Assembly (NCBI RefSeq): GCF_963506605.1 | Contig: NC_083285.1 | Location: 36,828,001-36,892,000, forward strand | Length of the DNA: 64,000 nucleotides | Direction of reading: 5' to 3' | DNA from: Zootoca vivipara | Lineage: Eukaryota | Part shown: piece by piece, positions 24,001 through 36,100 of the stretch | How positions within the stretch are numbered: the stretch's first letter is position 1 | Layout of the letters: the number at the start of each line of letters is the position of its first letter | The notes under the pieces: model-generated | Told to the model about the DNA's origin: nothing | Seen by the model: the letters and a program-made list of their open reading frames with translations, nothing else | Databases searched by the model: none | Made by a program: the position numbers and the translations under genes

Positions 24001-27000
24001 TGTGATCATACTGTATTTTGTTTTTATTGTGAGTTCCTGTGAGAGGCAGACGATAGATTAAGAGATAACTAAGTACATGGCTATATGTACAGGCTACATT
24101 CACACTTAATGGAACAAGGTAAATTACTTTCCTGCTACAGAAAAGACATAATTAGTTAATAAATCCTTATGTCACAATTCTACCTAGAGAATCTATGTGT
24201 TTTTATGGCAACATTACGTATATCGTCTTAATGTGCAGCACATTCCTATGCATGTTGTGCTTAATAAGGCTTATTTCCACATTAGTGTACATGGGATTGC
24301 ATTCAGGTTATCAGTGCTATCAAATAAGTACAGGTAGGTAGCCGTGTTGGTCTGACATGGTCGAAACAAAAATTAAACATTTTTTAAAAAAAGTTTTAAT
24401 TCCTTCCAGTAGCTGGAAGGAATTTTTTTTTCTTTTTTGTTTCGATCAAATAAGTAGGTAAACCAAGAAATAATTAATTCACATTTCAAATCTATCATAA
24501 TAGATAAAATTCATAAGACAGGCAACTGAACCCAAGATAAACATCTGGGGCCATTTACTCTCCACAGAACTTTACTTTCTTGAGACAACAGTAGCAAAAT
24601 ATTAAAAATGAAATCATACTTCTCTGAATCTAACTGAGCCCTTTCTGCTTGACTTCTCGCATTCTGACATTCATGTTTTAATCTTTCCATCATTTCCTTC
24701 AGTTTCTGATTGGAAACTAGAAAATTATTCTCTGACTGTGACAGAGAAGCCACTTGGAGTTGCAAATCTTGGATGCGCTGCAAAAGAAACATAAAAATGA
24801 TAGATGAAATAATTTATCAAAGCTCTAGAAGTCCCACCAAACAGCATATAAGCCCTATGTACACATCACTCAACTGTAGCAGTTACATGTGAACAATAGG
24901 AAGTGGAGCCACACTACAGGACCCAACCCAATGTGCCATAGATCCTACTCCCTCAACACCTGTGCATTTACTGCAGACATCTGCAAATGAGTGCCTACTT
25001 GCAGTCGGTTTAAAAAGCCACCCTGAACACCACTTGAAAAGCCTCCATTGTTTCTCCAACCCTCTCCACAAGTCTCTCTGGCCTCCTCTGATCACCCTCT
25101 CCAACCGCCTCTTCTGTACCCAAACACTCTCATTAAGGCTGCTGGCCATTTTTTTCCTGCTCTCCTGCAGCCCTCCCTGCACATGCCATGTTTGTGCCAT
25201 TTTCTTATTTTTCCCGTGTGCCATTTTTGCATCTTTTAAAAGTATTATTTTTCAGTGATATGCATACAGCTGCAAGCTCGTATATTAAATAAGCTGTGGG
25301 GGTTGTTTTCTCAGAGCATGATAAAGAACTGGAGGTACGTTAGTGCCTTCCACAGAAGGTGCATTAAAGACAATCTAGCATGGCCCTGCTTCCTGGAGCA
25401 AGTAGGAGGAGTCACCTATACAAATTGGTCCCACAGGAAAACAACTCTAGTCACCCAGTGTTAAATGTTTGGCAGACTTGTTGGGACAAAGAAAGCACTT
25501 CTTCACACAGCACATAACTAACTTCCAAAATTCACTGCCATAAGATGTGATGATAGTCACTTTAAAAAGGAACAGGAGAGAGTGATGGAGAATAAGACAA
25601 CAGCTACTTGCCATGATAACGAAACAAGCCTGTTCAGAGGCAATGCACATCTGCATGCCAGATACTACTGACAAGCACACCTGTTATCATATGCTGGTTT
25701 CAATACAAGCGGCTACAATTAAACCAGGAAAGTCATGTGATCTATTTTGAGAAGATGACAGAGTATGATGTTGGATCTTACCCCCTTTAGATTAGCATTT
25801 TCACTTCTCTCTTTTTCAAGCTCCTCAGAATGAATAGTTTGCTGTTGAATCTTTAGCCTATAAATGAATACAAAGTAGGATTTGTGATTTTTAAAAAGTC
25901 TACACTAGATTGGCATTTTTAAATTAAACAAAATCTGACACAAGAGTGGAATTATGGAATTAAATGAAAAACTAATTTCCAGCATATTGGAAAGAGACTC
26001 CACAGCATTACCTTTATATTTATCACTGAAATGATTTTTATCCTGCTCTTCAGTCAAAAGAGGTTACCAGAATAGCTTATGAATGTGATAAGATTGTCCC
26101 TCTCTCAGGCTTGGATATATACTTAAGACTAATTCGGCAGAATATTCTGCACAGAATGCACTGAGCATCCAATGGAATGTTTTAATAAATGGTGGGTTAA
26201 TATTAATACCTGTTGGAAGTGTTGGGGACAGGGAAACATTTTGAAACATATATAATGAAAAGGTCCAGTAACTGCTGAATTTTGAGAAGTGGCTAAGCAT
26301 ACTAAGTCGGTCCTAGGAAAATGTGGAAAGTGGTCTTATGGAGTGTTGATATTAGGAAACATCCCAGCTTTTTCAAACTTAGAGAAGGAACAAAATGCTT
26401 AAGATTAGAACGGCAAAATTGGCATTTAAATTAAGGCTATTATTGCATATTGGAAATATAGTATAAAAACATACATTGACACCTGGTCATGAAGAGTTAA
26501 GTGGATTTGACTATACAAAGAAGAGGTACAGATGTTTTTGACAGATAAAGAATTTAAAAGGAAACAAAACTGAAGACCACCTGCTGCTATGCTTGACTTG
26601 AATTCCCCACTTTTCTTTTAATCTCTCCTTTTCTTTTCCTTGTGACCTTCTCTTTGACTCATTTGATTTTCACTGTGTTGTGTGCATCAGAGTGTAAATG
26701 GGTATGAATTCATGGTTGAATATATAAAAAGTTCACAAGACGAACCAAAATTCTTAACAGATAGAATGTTTAGAGAATATTGAAACTGGAAAGACAAACT
26801 TGAAGGGCAGGAGAGAAAGAATGTTGAGGAAATGAATGGGAGTGACAATGCATGTATTGAGGACTGGTTCCAAACAACTTTTAGCAATATATGTGTGTAT
26901 AAGATATAAAAAGAAAATCTAATACAATGGTTATCAGTTTCTTCACTGTATTTTATAGCGTACAATACAATATATGTACAGCTACACATATTGTGTAATT

Positions 27001-30000
27001 GTGAAAAATGTAGAAGTTTCAAGAATAACTTTAGGCAACAGCATGCTTGAGCTGGCAAAGAAAATGGTGCAAAACAAGGGTCTTCCAATTAAATACCTAT
27101 TTCTAGAAACCCATTTCTAGAGAAACAAAAACATCTGCCCAGCTTAGACACAAGCAGTGAAGTGTCAAGGGCTTTGTTCAGCAGGCAATAACACTTTCTG
27201 ATAAAGTGTTAAAAACTCCAATTCCTAAATAGAATTAAAACCTCTACAAATTACCTAAGATCCTTTATTTCCCTTCTGCTGGATTCTTCTGCCACCTGCA
27301 GAGCAGATAACTTCTCTTTGTACTCATCCTTTTCCAACTGCCTCTGAGTATCTTGCTCCACTTTGATTTTCTCCAGTTCAGATAATCTGGCTTCAAGTTC
27401 TAACCTGAAACATTATGGAGTGTTTAAGAGCTGTGAAAAACAGATTTTTGTTTTTTAAATCGTATCACAAAAACACATATATAAACATATATATATGAGA
27501 GAGAACACTTCTACTTGGCTGGTATAGCTTCAGTGTTCCATGACTAGTGCAGAAACAGCACAAGCTCCTTTCCTCAGATTTCATAGCCAGGCACAACTAA
27601 TTCAGCAGCTTCCTTGGACAGGGCAAGAGTGATTTCAGGATACTGAAGCAATGTGAGATGCGTTTAAAACACCCTGTCCACTGTAGCAATAGCAACTAGC
27701 AGCAGCAATTTTACAGCTGGAACATAATGCACAATGACTATATTCATAGGCAGGGAAGTTGCTACAATTTTAAACTCTTTTTGAGCAAGAGAAGAAAACA
27801 TACAAGAACATACTTACTTTTCCTCCTGTAATGCTGCAAGTTTTTGGAAGCCTTCTTCTTCTGCAGCTTGTACTTTGCGTACCAATTCACGATCCTTTTC
27901 TATTAAAAGCATCTTGTGCTGCTCAAGTGTTTTCTTACGTATTTCATTATCTGAGTGTAAACCTGTTTTTAAACATTTGCAGTATTTGAAAGCTCTGAAA
28001 ATCATTACACAGAAGCTGATAAAACTGAATCTGTTGCTCACTCACGTAAGCTACCCTTTTTCTTACATTCAAGTACAACTTTGCCTACAACTTTCCCACT
28101 ACTTAAATCAGTGTAGCTTTAGGGAAGTATTATAGAATTAGGCTAAGAACCTTCAATGAATATTTACTCAGAAGTAAATCCCACTGGGTTCAGTGAAGTT
28201 TACTCCCAGGTACACGCACACAGGATTGCAGCCTATGTCCCACAAGTTTCAGAAGGAAGGTTAAGTTTCTGTTTAACTTTCACCTGTGGGAAAATCAATG
28301 ACAATTAAATGTGTTCAAACTTCACCAGTAATGCATTTCATATGCATTTACAGAATTAAAATTAGACACTATTTCTACTGGCATTAATGGGAGCATTAAT
28401 GGAGGGATATTGTGGCATTTTTATGATAAAGTAAAACATGAATATATTCTCATATTGCAATAATTGTGTGAACCCTCTCTTAAATGAGAATTGTCATCCA
28501 TTCATGATTATTTATACTTAAATAAAGGAGGAGGAGGAGAACAACGAAGAAGAGGGTCAAATCGAGGGATAACTGAAGGTTTAAATGTAGTGAAGGGTTT
28601 TTATAGTGTTGTTTACTTTATCTTATTTTTTTTTTTACCTTTTTTTGTATTTTTCTGCTTGATAGCGTGTTTAGATAATTGAATTTAAATTTTAGTTAAA
28701 CATAAACAATTATTAAGACCTATTTAGATTTGAGGGAGGAAATAGGAGGAACTAAGCAGATAAGGCAGAAGTTTGAGGGAAAATTGATATCTCCTTGGTG
28801 TTTAAAACTCTTTGCAAGTTCGTGAAATTTATTTTAGTGATTGGGAAAGTGTTATAATATTAATAAAGGAATGAATCTCAATATTATTTCCTGGAATGTG
28901 AACGGTTTAAATAATAAACTTAAACGGAATAAGATAGAGCATGTTTTGAAAAAAAGCCAATGGGATGTGATATGCCTACAAGAAGTTCATATTGCAAGAA
29001 AACATGAAAGAGTTTTGAAAAATAAAAAATTGGGGGAAGAATTTGTTTCGCTAGACCCAAAAAAGAAAAGAGGGGTAGTAACATATATTAAACATAAAAT
29101 AAAAACAGAAAAAATATTTCAAGACAAGGAAGGGAGAGTGGTCGGAACGAGACTCTATCTCCCCAATGGTAATGTCATGGTAATAAATGTCTATGCGCCA
29201 AATGGGGGGAAAATAAATTTCTTTAAGGAGTTAAATGACTGGATAGGAGAATTTGCGAATGATGAAGAAATAATCCTAGTAGGAGATTTTAATGGGATAG
29301 TGAGACCGGATATAGACAAATCAAGCAACCAGAAAAAGAATAAAGGGAGACTACCAGGTGTGTTTTTCAATATCGTGGAAAATTTTGATTTAGTAGATTG
29401 TTGGAGACTAAGAAATGAAAGAGAGAGAAGATACACCTTCTATTCAGAGTCTAAAAAATCAGCGTCGAGAATTGACATCATGTGGGTATCTAAAAATTTA
29501 CTTTCCAAAGTAGTGAAAACTGAAATAATGACAAAATCTTTGTCAGACCACAACCCGGTGATGTTGAAAATAAAAGATAATTATAAGAAATTTACCAGAT
29601 GGCGTCTAGATGAGAGTGTTCTAAATGATGAGAATTTTGTAAACAAAATGAAGAAAGAAATAAAAGAATTTTTCCAAACTAATGAAACAGAAGGTATGAG
29701 CTTAGAAACAGTCTGGGATGCAGGTAAAGCATTTATAAGAGGTATGTATATACAGCAGAGAAGCAAAATAAAAAAAGAAAGGGAAAAAAAATTAAATATA
29801 ATTAAGGGGAAAATAGAGGAAGGAGAAAAAGAATTAGCTAAAAACCCTAAAAATGAGAAAGCAGCAATTCAAGTTAAAATCTGGCAAAATGAGTTATCAG
29901 CATTAATGGGTTATGAGTTAGAAAAGAAAATTAAATGGGCAAAACAGAGAACATTTGAAGCCGGGGGGGAAATTGGGAAGTTATTGGCATGGAGGTTAAG

Positions 30001-32860
30001 GAAACAACAAAACGGGCAAACAATTACAAATATTAGAAACGGGGGAGAAAATTGGATTAAAAGAGAAGACATACAAAAATGCTTTGTGAAATATTACAAG
30101 AAATTATATACAGGGAGGAAGGTAGAGGAGGCGAAAATAGAAGAATATTTAAAAAATTGTAAAGTACCACAAATAAGTGAAGAAGAAAAGAGAATCTTAA
30201 ATAACCCAATAACAATACAAGAGATTCATGAAAACATAGGTAAACTCAAAATAGGAAAATCACCGGGACCTGATGGTCTTTCAAATTTACATTATAAAGT
30301 ATTCAGATCAGAATTAGAAGGGATGTATCAAAAATTAGTAAATAAAATATTGGAGGATGGCGTCACCCCCAAAACCTGGCAAGAGGCGTTTATAACGTTA
30401 ATACCTAAAGGAGATAAAAGTAATGATCAGGTGGAAAATTTTAGGCCCATCTCCCTACTGAATTCAGATTATAAAATTTTCGCCGGAATTTTAGCAAATC
30501 GCTTGAAAGGGATTCTTAGTAGAATTATAGGAGCAGATCAGCAGGGTTTCCTACCAAAAAGGAAGATGAGCAGAAATGTGAGAATTGTATTAGATCTTAT
30601 AGAGTTTCTGGATTGGAACCCTGGGAAAAAAGTAGCGTTTATATTCCTGGACGCAGAGAAAGCTTTTGATCATGTAAATTGGAATTATATGAAAAAAATG
30701 ATGGTGAAAGTAGGAATAGAGGGGAAATTCTTCCAAGGTATAAACGCAATATATAAAAGGCAAGTAGCGAAATTAATTATCAACGGGGAATTATCAGATG
30801 AATTCGAAGTGTCAAGGGGGACACGCCAGGGGTGTCCACTGTCTCCTCTCCTGTTTGTGCTAACAATAGAATGCCTGTTGAAAATAATAAAGGAGGATGA
30901 GAACATTAAAGGGATCAAAGTGAAAAACAATGTGTTTAAAATTAAAGCATTCGCTGATGATGTAGTAATAATGGTAGAAGATCCAAAGGATTCAATAAAA
31001 AATCTTGAATTGGCGCTACAAAAATATGGAGAGGTGGCAGGATTAAGGATAAATTGGAAAAAAACTAAAATATTGGTCAAAAATATAAGAGGACAAGATG
31101 AAGAGGAGATAAAAGCAATAACAGAGTGGGAAATCGTGAAGAAAGTAAAGTATCTAGGAATTGAAATAACAACAAATAATATTAATTTATTCGAAAATAA
31201 TTATGCAAAAATTTGGAAATCCATTAAAAAAGATTTAGAAAGATGGGGAAATTTGAAATTATCATTCTCAGCCAAAATTGCGGCAATCAAAATGTCAGTC
31301 TTACCCAAAATGTTATTTCTTTTTCAAATGCTTCCTATTATAGATAAAAAAGAGGTTTTCGAGAATTGGAGAAGGGATTTAAGTAAATTTATATGGGAGG
31401 GGGAAAAAGCTAGGATTCAATTTAGGTTACTTACTGACATTGAGGAAAGAGGGGGGTGGGGAGTCCCAGACTTAAAGATCTATTATGCCGCGGCAGGCTT
31501 GTGCTGGGTCAAGGATTGGATAAAATTGGAAGATAAAGAAATTTTGGATTTGGAAGGGTTTAGAAATTTAGCAGGCTGGCACATATATTTATTAAATGAA
31601 AAGAGAGGAAACCCAAAAGAATTCTCAGATCACGTTTTCAAAAAAGCATTATTAAAGATCTGGATGGACTATAAACACCTGTTGGAACCGAAAACGCCTT
31701 GGTGGACATCACCTTTAGAGATGACGGCCGTATGTACCGTGTTTCCCCTTTTTTAAGACACCGTCTTATTACTTTTTTTTCTCAAAAAACCACAGGGTGG
31801 CTTATTTTTGGTGGGATGTCTTACTCGTATTTTTATTATGAGTCTGAGGGAAGGGAGGTGTGCGTCCCTGGCCCAGCCCTCTCTCCCCAGCCCTGGGATG
31901 TTCGCAAAGGGCTGCTCTCTCTCTCCTCTGATGTGGGGACTCACTTAATAGCAATCTGCTACACTGGAGCTTCTTAAATCTAAACCAGTATAATGGAATC
32001 TATCTGTGTGATACAGTCCTAGCAGTAGCCTATAGTAAAGCAAATAAGGATCTCTACTAGCCAGCTGCCCAAGACTTAAGTTCCAACAATGTAACACTTT
32101 GTAGTGCTAAAATAAAAAAAATCCTTCAGTAGCACCTTAAAGACCAACTAAGTTTTATTTTGGTATGAGTCTTTAAGGTGCTACTGAAGGAATTTTTTTA
32201 TTTTACTTCGACCCAGACCAACACGGCTACCTACCTGTAACCAGAACTTTGTAGTGCTATCACTGATAGCAAAGAAGCTACCTGCTGAGAACAAAGAAGC
32301 CAGCTAAACAGCAATTAAGATTGCTGACTTGGTAAATGGTAGCAATTAAGAAGCAATTGAGCTAGCAAGGTAAAATTTTGTGGGTAAAGGAAGCTAGGAC
32401 CGGCAGTTTAACTTTTGTGCTCACAAACAGCAAGAAGGAAAAAGTCCTTAATTTTTTTAAAAAAGTCCCCAAGGCAAGGACTGCGATCCAGACTACTTAC
32501 AAATCCTTAAAGGGGCAGCTCCACAGACAAGCAAGCATAAGGTAGAAAGGAAGGCTGCAAGGAGACAACAATCAGACACAGGAGACTGCCGTCAAGAGGA
32601 AATCAACAGGCAACTCATGGGTGGACGCATAGAATGGAAGGGAAAGGTGGAGGGAAGCGAGAGGTGGGTTCTGTGTGTGTGTGAGAGAGAGAGACAGAGA
32701 GACAGAGAGACACAGACGCGCACACGGAGATCTCTCCCTTAAAGGGAAAACAGCCTTTGCATTCAATCGCTCCTCTCCCGTCAAGAGGAAATCAACAGGC
32801 AACTCATGGGTGGACGCATAGAATGGAAGGGAAAGGTGGAGGGAAGCGAGAGGTGGGTTC

Positions 32861-32891
<31 letters not shown>

Positions 32892-33055
32892 CAGAGAGAC
32901 AGAGGACACAGACGCGCACACGGAGATCTCTCCCTTAAAGGGAAAACAGCCTTTGCATTCAATCGCCCCTCTCCCGTCAAGAGGAAATCAACAGGCAACT
33001 CAGGGGTGGGCGCATAGAATGGAAGGGAAAGGTGGGGGGAAGCGAGAGGTGGGTG

Positions 33056-33123
<68 letters not shown>

Positions 33124-36100
33124 GGGGGCGGGGGGAGAGAGAGAGACAGACGCGCTCACGGAGGTCACGAGGCTTCGGCAGCCAGCAGCTACGGCTCTTC
33201 AGTGCATTTTTACAAGCTTTTAAAGGAAATACGTGTCTGTGGAGCGACAGCAAAATGGAGATATTTTTAAGGGGGGGTTGGCTGGCGGGAGGGGGGTTAT
33301 TGCTACTGGGTGAAGGGTCTATCAGTATGTCTTATTTTCGGGGTATGGCTTGTATCGCGCAATTGCTTAGAAATCCTGCTATGGCTTATATAATGACTAC
33401 GTCTTAAAAAAGGGGAAACACGGTAGTAGAACTTATGATAAAAGATGGCTAACTTATCAAGAATTATTGATTAAGGAAAATGGGAAATTAATATTGAAAC
33501 CGTATTATGAGATCAAGGATAAGTGTTCGAGCTGGCTGCAATACCATCAGATGCAGAGTCTTTTAAACAAGCACAGGGAAATTGGTTTTATAGATAACAA
33601 ATCTAAATTACAGGAGATCTTGTTAGATAATGAAAGTAAACTATTAGCAAAATTATACAGCCACTTGTTAGAGTGGGAATTGAAAGACGAAGAAGTCAAA
33701 TGTACAATGATAAGGTGGGCACAAGATTTAGGAAGACCGATATTCAGAAAGCAATGGGATAATTTGTGGAGGGAAGGCATGAAATTTACAGCTTGTTCAA
33801 ATATAAAAGAGAACATGATGAAGATAATATACAGGTGGCATCTCACACCGGAAAAGATAGCAAAAATTTATAAAACTAATTCGAAAGAATGTTGGAAATG
33901 CAAAAAGAAATTAGGAAATTATTACCATTGCTGGTGGCTGTGTGATAAAATACATGAATTTTGGAACAATGTGTATGAAAAATTAAAAAAGATGCTTAAG
34001 TTTACATTTGAGAAAAAACCAGAGATAATGTTATTGAGTATGGTGCCAGATAATTTCCCTAACGATAGGAAAAATATATTATTATATGCATGTGCTGCAG
34101 CTCGCCTTCTTATAGCAAAGAACTGGAAAGGAGAGAAAGTACCAACAATTGGTGAATGGCAAGTAAAATTAGTGGAATTCATGAACTTAGCAAAGATGAC
34201 AGCAGCAATTAGAGATATCCCGATACAGAAAAGTAAAGCAGAATGGAAATATGTTGAAGAGTATTTTAAAAAGGAGAAAATAAACACAAGTTTGGTGATA
34301 TGCTTTGAGTAAAATACATATAGGATGAATAACAAATGGGTAATTAATGGAGGAAATGTTAATTTGGTAGATAATGCGGGGATAGAGATAAAGCAGGACA
34401 AAGTAGAACTGATAAAGGGAAGCAATGTTCAAACAATAGGAAATATGTTTTCCCCCCCCCCTTTTTTTTTCTTTTTCTTTTTTAATCTGTATTATATTTC
34501 TATGTTTATGTAAGTGTTGTTTTTTATCTGGTATGTATATGTATATGTGTATGCACACATATTACATATGCATGGGAGTATATATATATGCTATACTCCT
34601 TTTTTTCTTCTTCTTCTTTTTTTTTCCTTTTTTTCTTTTTTTCCTTTTTTTTCTCTTCTACTTCTTTTTCTACCTCATTGATTTATGCTCTACGATTTTG
34701 TTATGTAACTTTGATATATAATTTATGATTTATGGTATATGTTTTATGATCTCGTTTGTAATTATAAAATACGAAATAAAGGTTAAAATTTAAAAAAAAA
34801 AAGAATATATTCATGTTTTACTTTATCATAAAAATGCCACAATATCCCTCCAACCCCAGAAAAAGACATTAAAAATGTAAAAATTAAATATTCACAATGC
34901 TATGACAGTTATGGCGAAAAGTCCCTACTGAATTTAAGAATTACACTAATTATATCCATGATTACTTCTGTTATGTCAGCTTACTGGTATATGAGCACAT
35001 AGCTGGGTGCAGTGGGGCTACATGTTAGACAAAAACCATGGCAGCTTATTGAAAGTGACACATTAAAATGAAAGTATCCCAGTGAAAGGTATATGGCTGC
35101 ACGACAGTACTTACTGGACTGTTCTAAACTTTTCTCAAAGACAAAATTCTGTATCTATAATTGGTGGCAATAACAAATCACTGAAGTAATAAAGTTTTAC
35201 CATCTATTTCACTTTGAATCTTGTTTCTTTCTCTTTCTATCTCAGTCCTAGCTCTTGCCGCTTCCAGCTTGATGTTTGTTATTTCTAACTTGTGTGAATG
35301 CTTAAGTTCTTCAACCTATAGAAGATAATGTTTTATCAATTTCCAGTTTTGATCAGAACAGTTTTTCGCCTCTTTCTGCTTAAGGAGGATAAAATCATGC
35401 AAGAACCCCTCCTATCTTCTTCTGGATGAAAGATTCTGAGGTTTTCTCCTACTTCCATAGGAGTTCCCCAAGCTAGAAATATGGTAGCTGAAATGATTTA
35501 TGAAAAATATTTTTAAAATGGTAACCATTTAAAATACAGCCTGCTCTGGGTGTCATTGCCAAATGAGAGGTGGCAGGGCAACCACTAGGAGCAGAGCCTT
35601 TCCAACAGTGGCACTCACACAATGGAACACCATACCTAGAGGTCTGTCAGACCCCAACACTATATTCTTTCAGGCATCTTGGGTGCCTTGGTAGAAAGGT
35701 AGTATATTAAAGATAATAAATTAATTCCCAAAGTAGGGAATTACAGAAAAAAAATTAAAAATACTGTAGACCATAAAAGCTTTCAGGTTATGTTCATCAA
35801 TGTCTGACTAAATAGGGGAATCTAGTGCCATGTATCTGTAACAGACTGCATTCAGTGATCAGCACCTTCCTTATACCCAATTTAACAGGAGCTGGGTCTC
35901 CACCTCTCTTTTGCACACACAAATATTATTTGGAAATTCTTAAGATAAAATTTCAAACAATTATTAATGAATACCCCAATCTGCTATTATTTAACTTGCA
36001 ACAGATATTAATAAGAACTGTGACTAGGTAATAACTGATACACATGTACACCTGATACATATATGCAACCTGTAACAAGGCGCCTCTCACATGAAAACTT

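Larger units (their letters stand above)
31737..33423. mobile_element. 1.7-kb non-autonomous Tc1/mariner/pogo-type transposon nested in L1 ORF2
   Basis: Perfect 23-bp TIRs CCGTGTTTCCCCTTTTTTAAGAC, TA TSD; no transposase ORF. Confidence 0.93.
28871..34312 (+). pseudogene. L1 ORF2 (APE endonuclease + reverse transcriptase + CCHC), ~1250 aa once the 31737-33425 insert is removed
   Basis: [26 protein letters not shown]; [45 protein letters not shown]; CWKC...HCWWLC; frame continuous across the insert (GTA TGT AGT AGA ACT). Confidence 0.93.
28450..34802 (+). mobile_element. 5'-truncated L1 LINE (no ORF1, full ORF2, 3' UTR, polyA), antisense in a CEP83 intron
   Basis: ORF2 with endonuclease, RT and CCHC; AATAAA 34775-34780; A-tail to 34802; flanking GAATATATTC on both sides. 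Confidence 0.95.

Noticed and set aside
26090-26750. Possible old L1/Tx1 3' fragment
   Set aside because: Too degenerate to identify motifs or boundaries by eye.
29191-34425. Minus-strand ORFs over the L1
   Set aside because: Antisense shadows of the A-rich ORF2.
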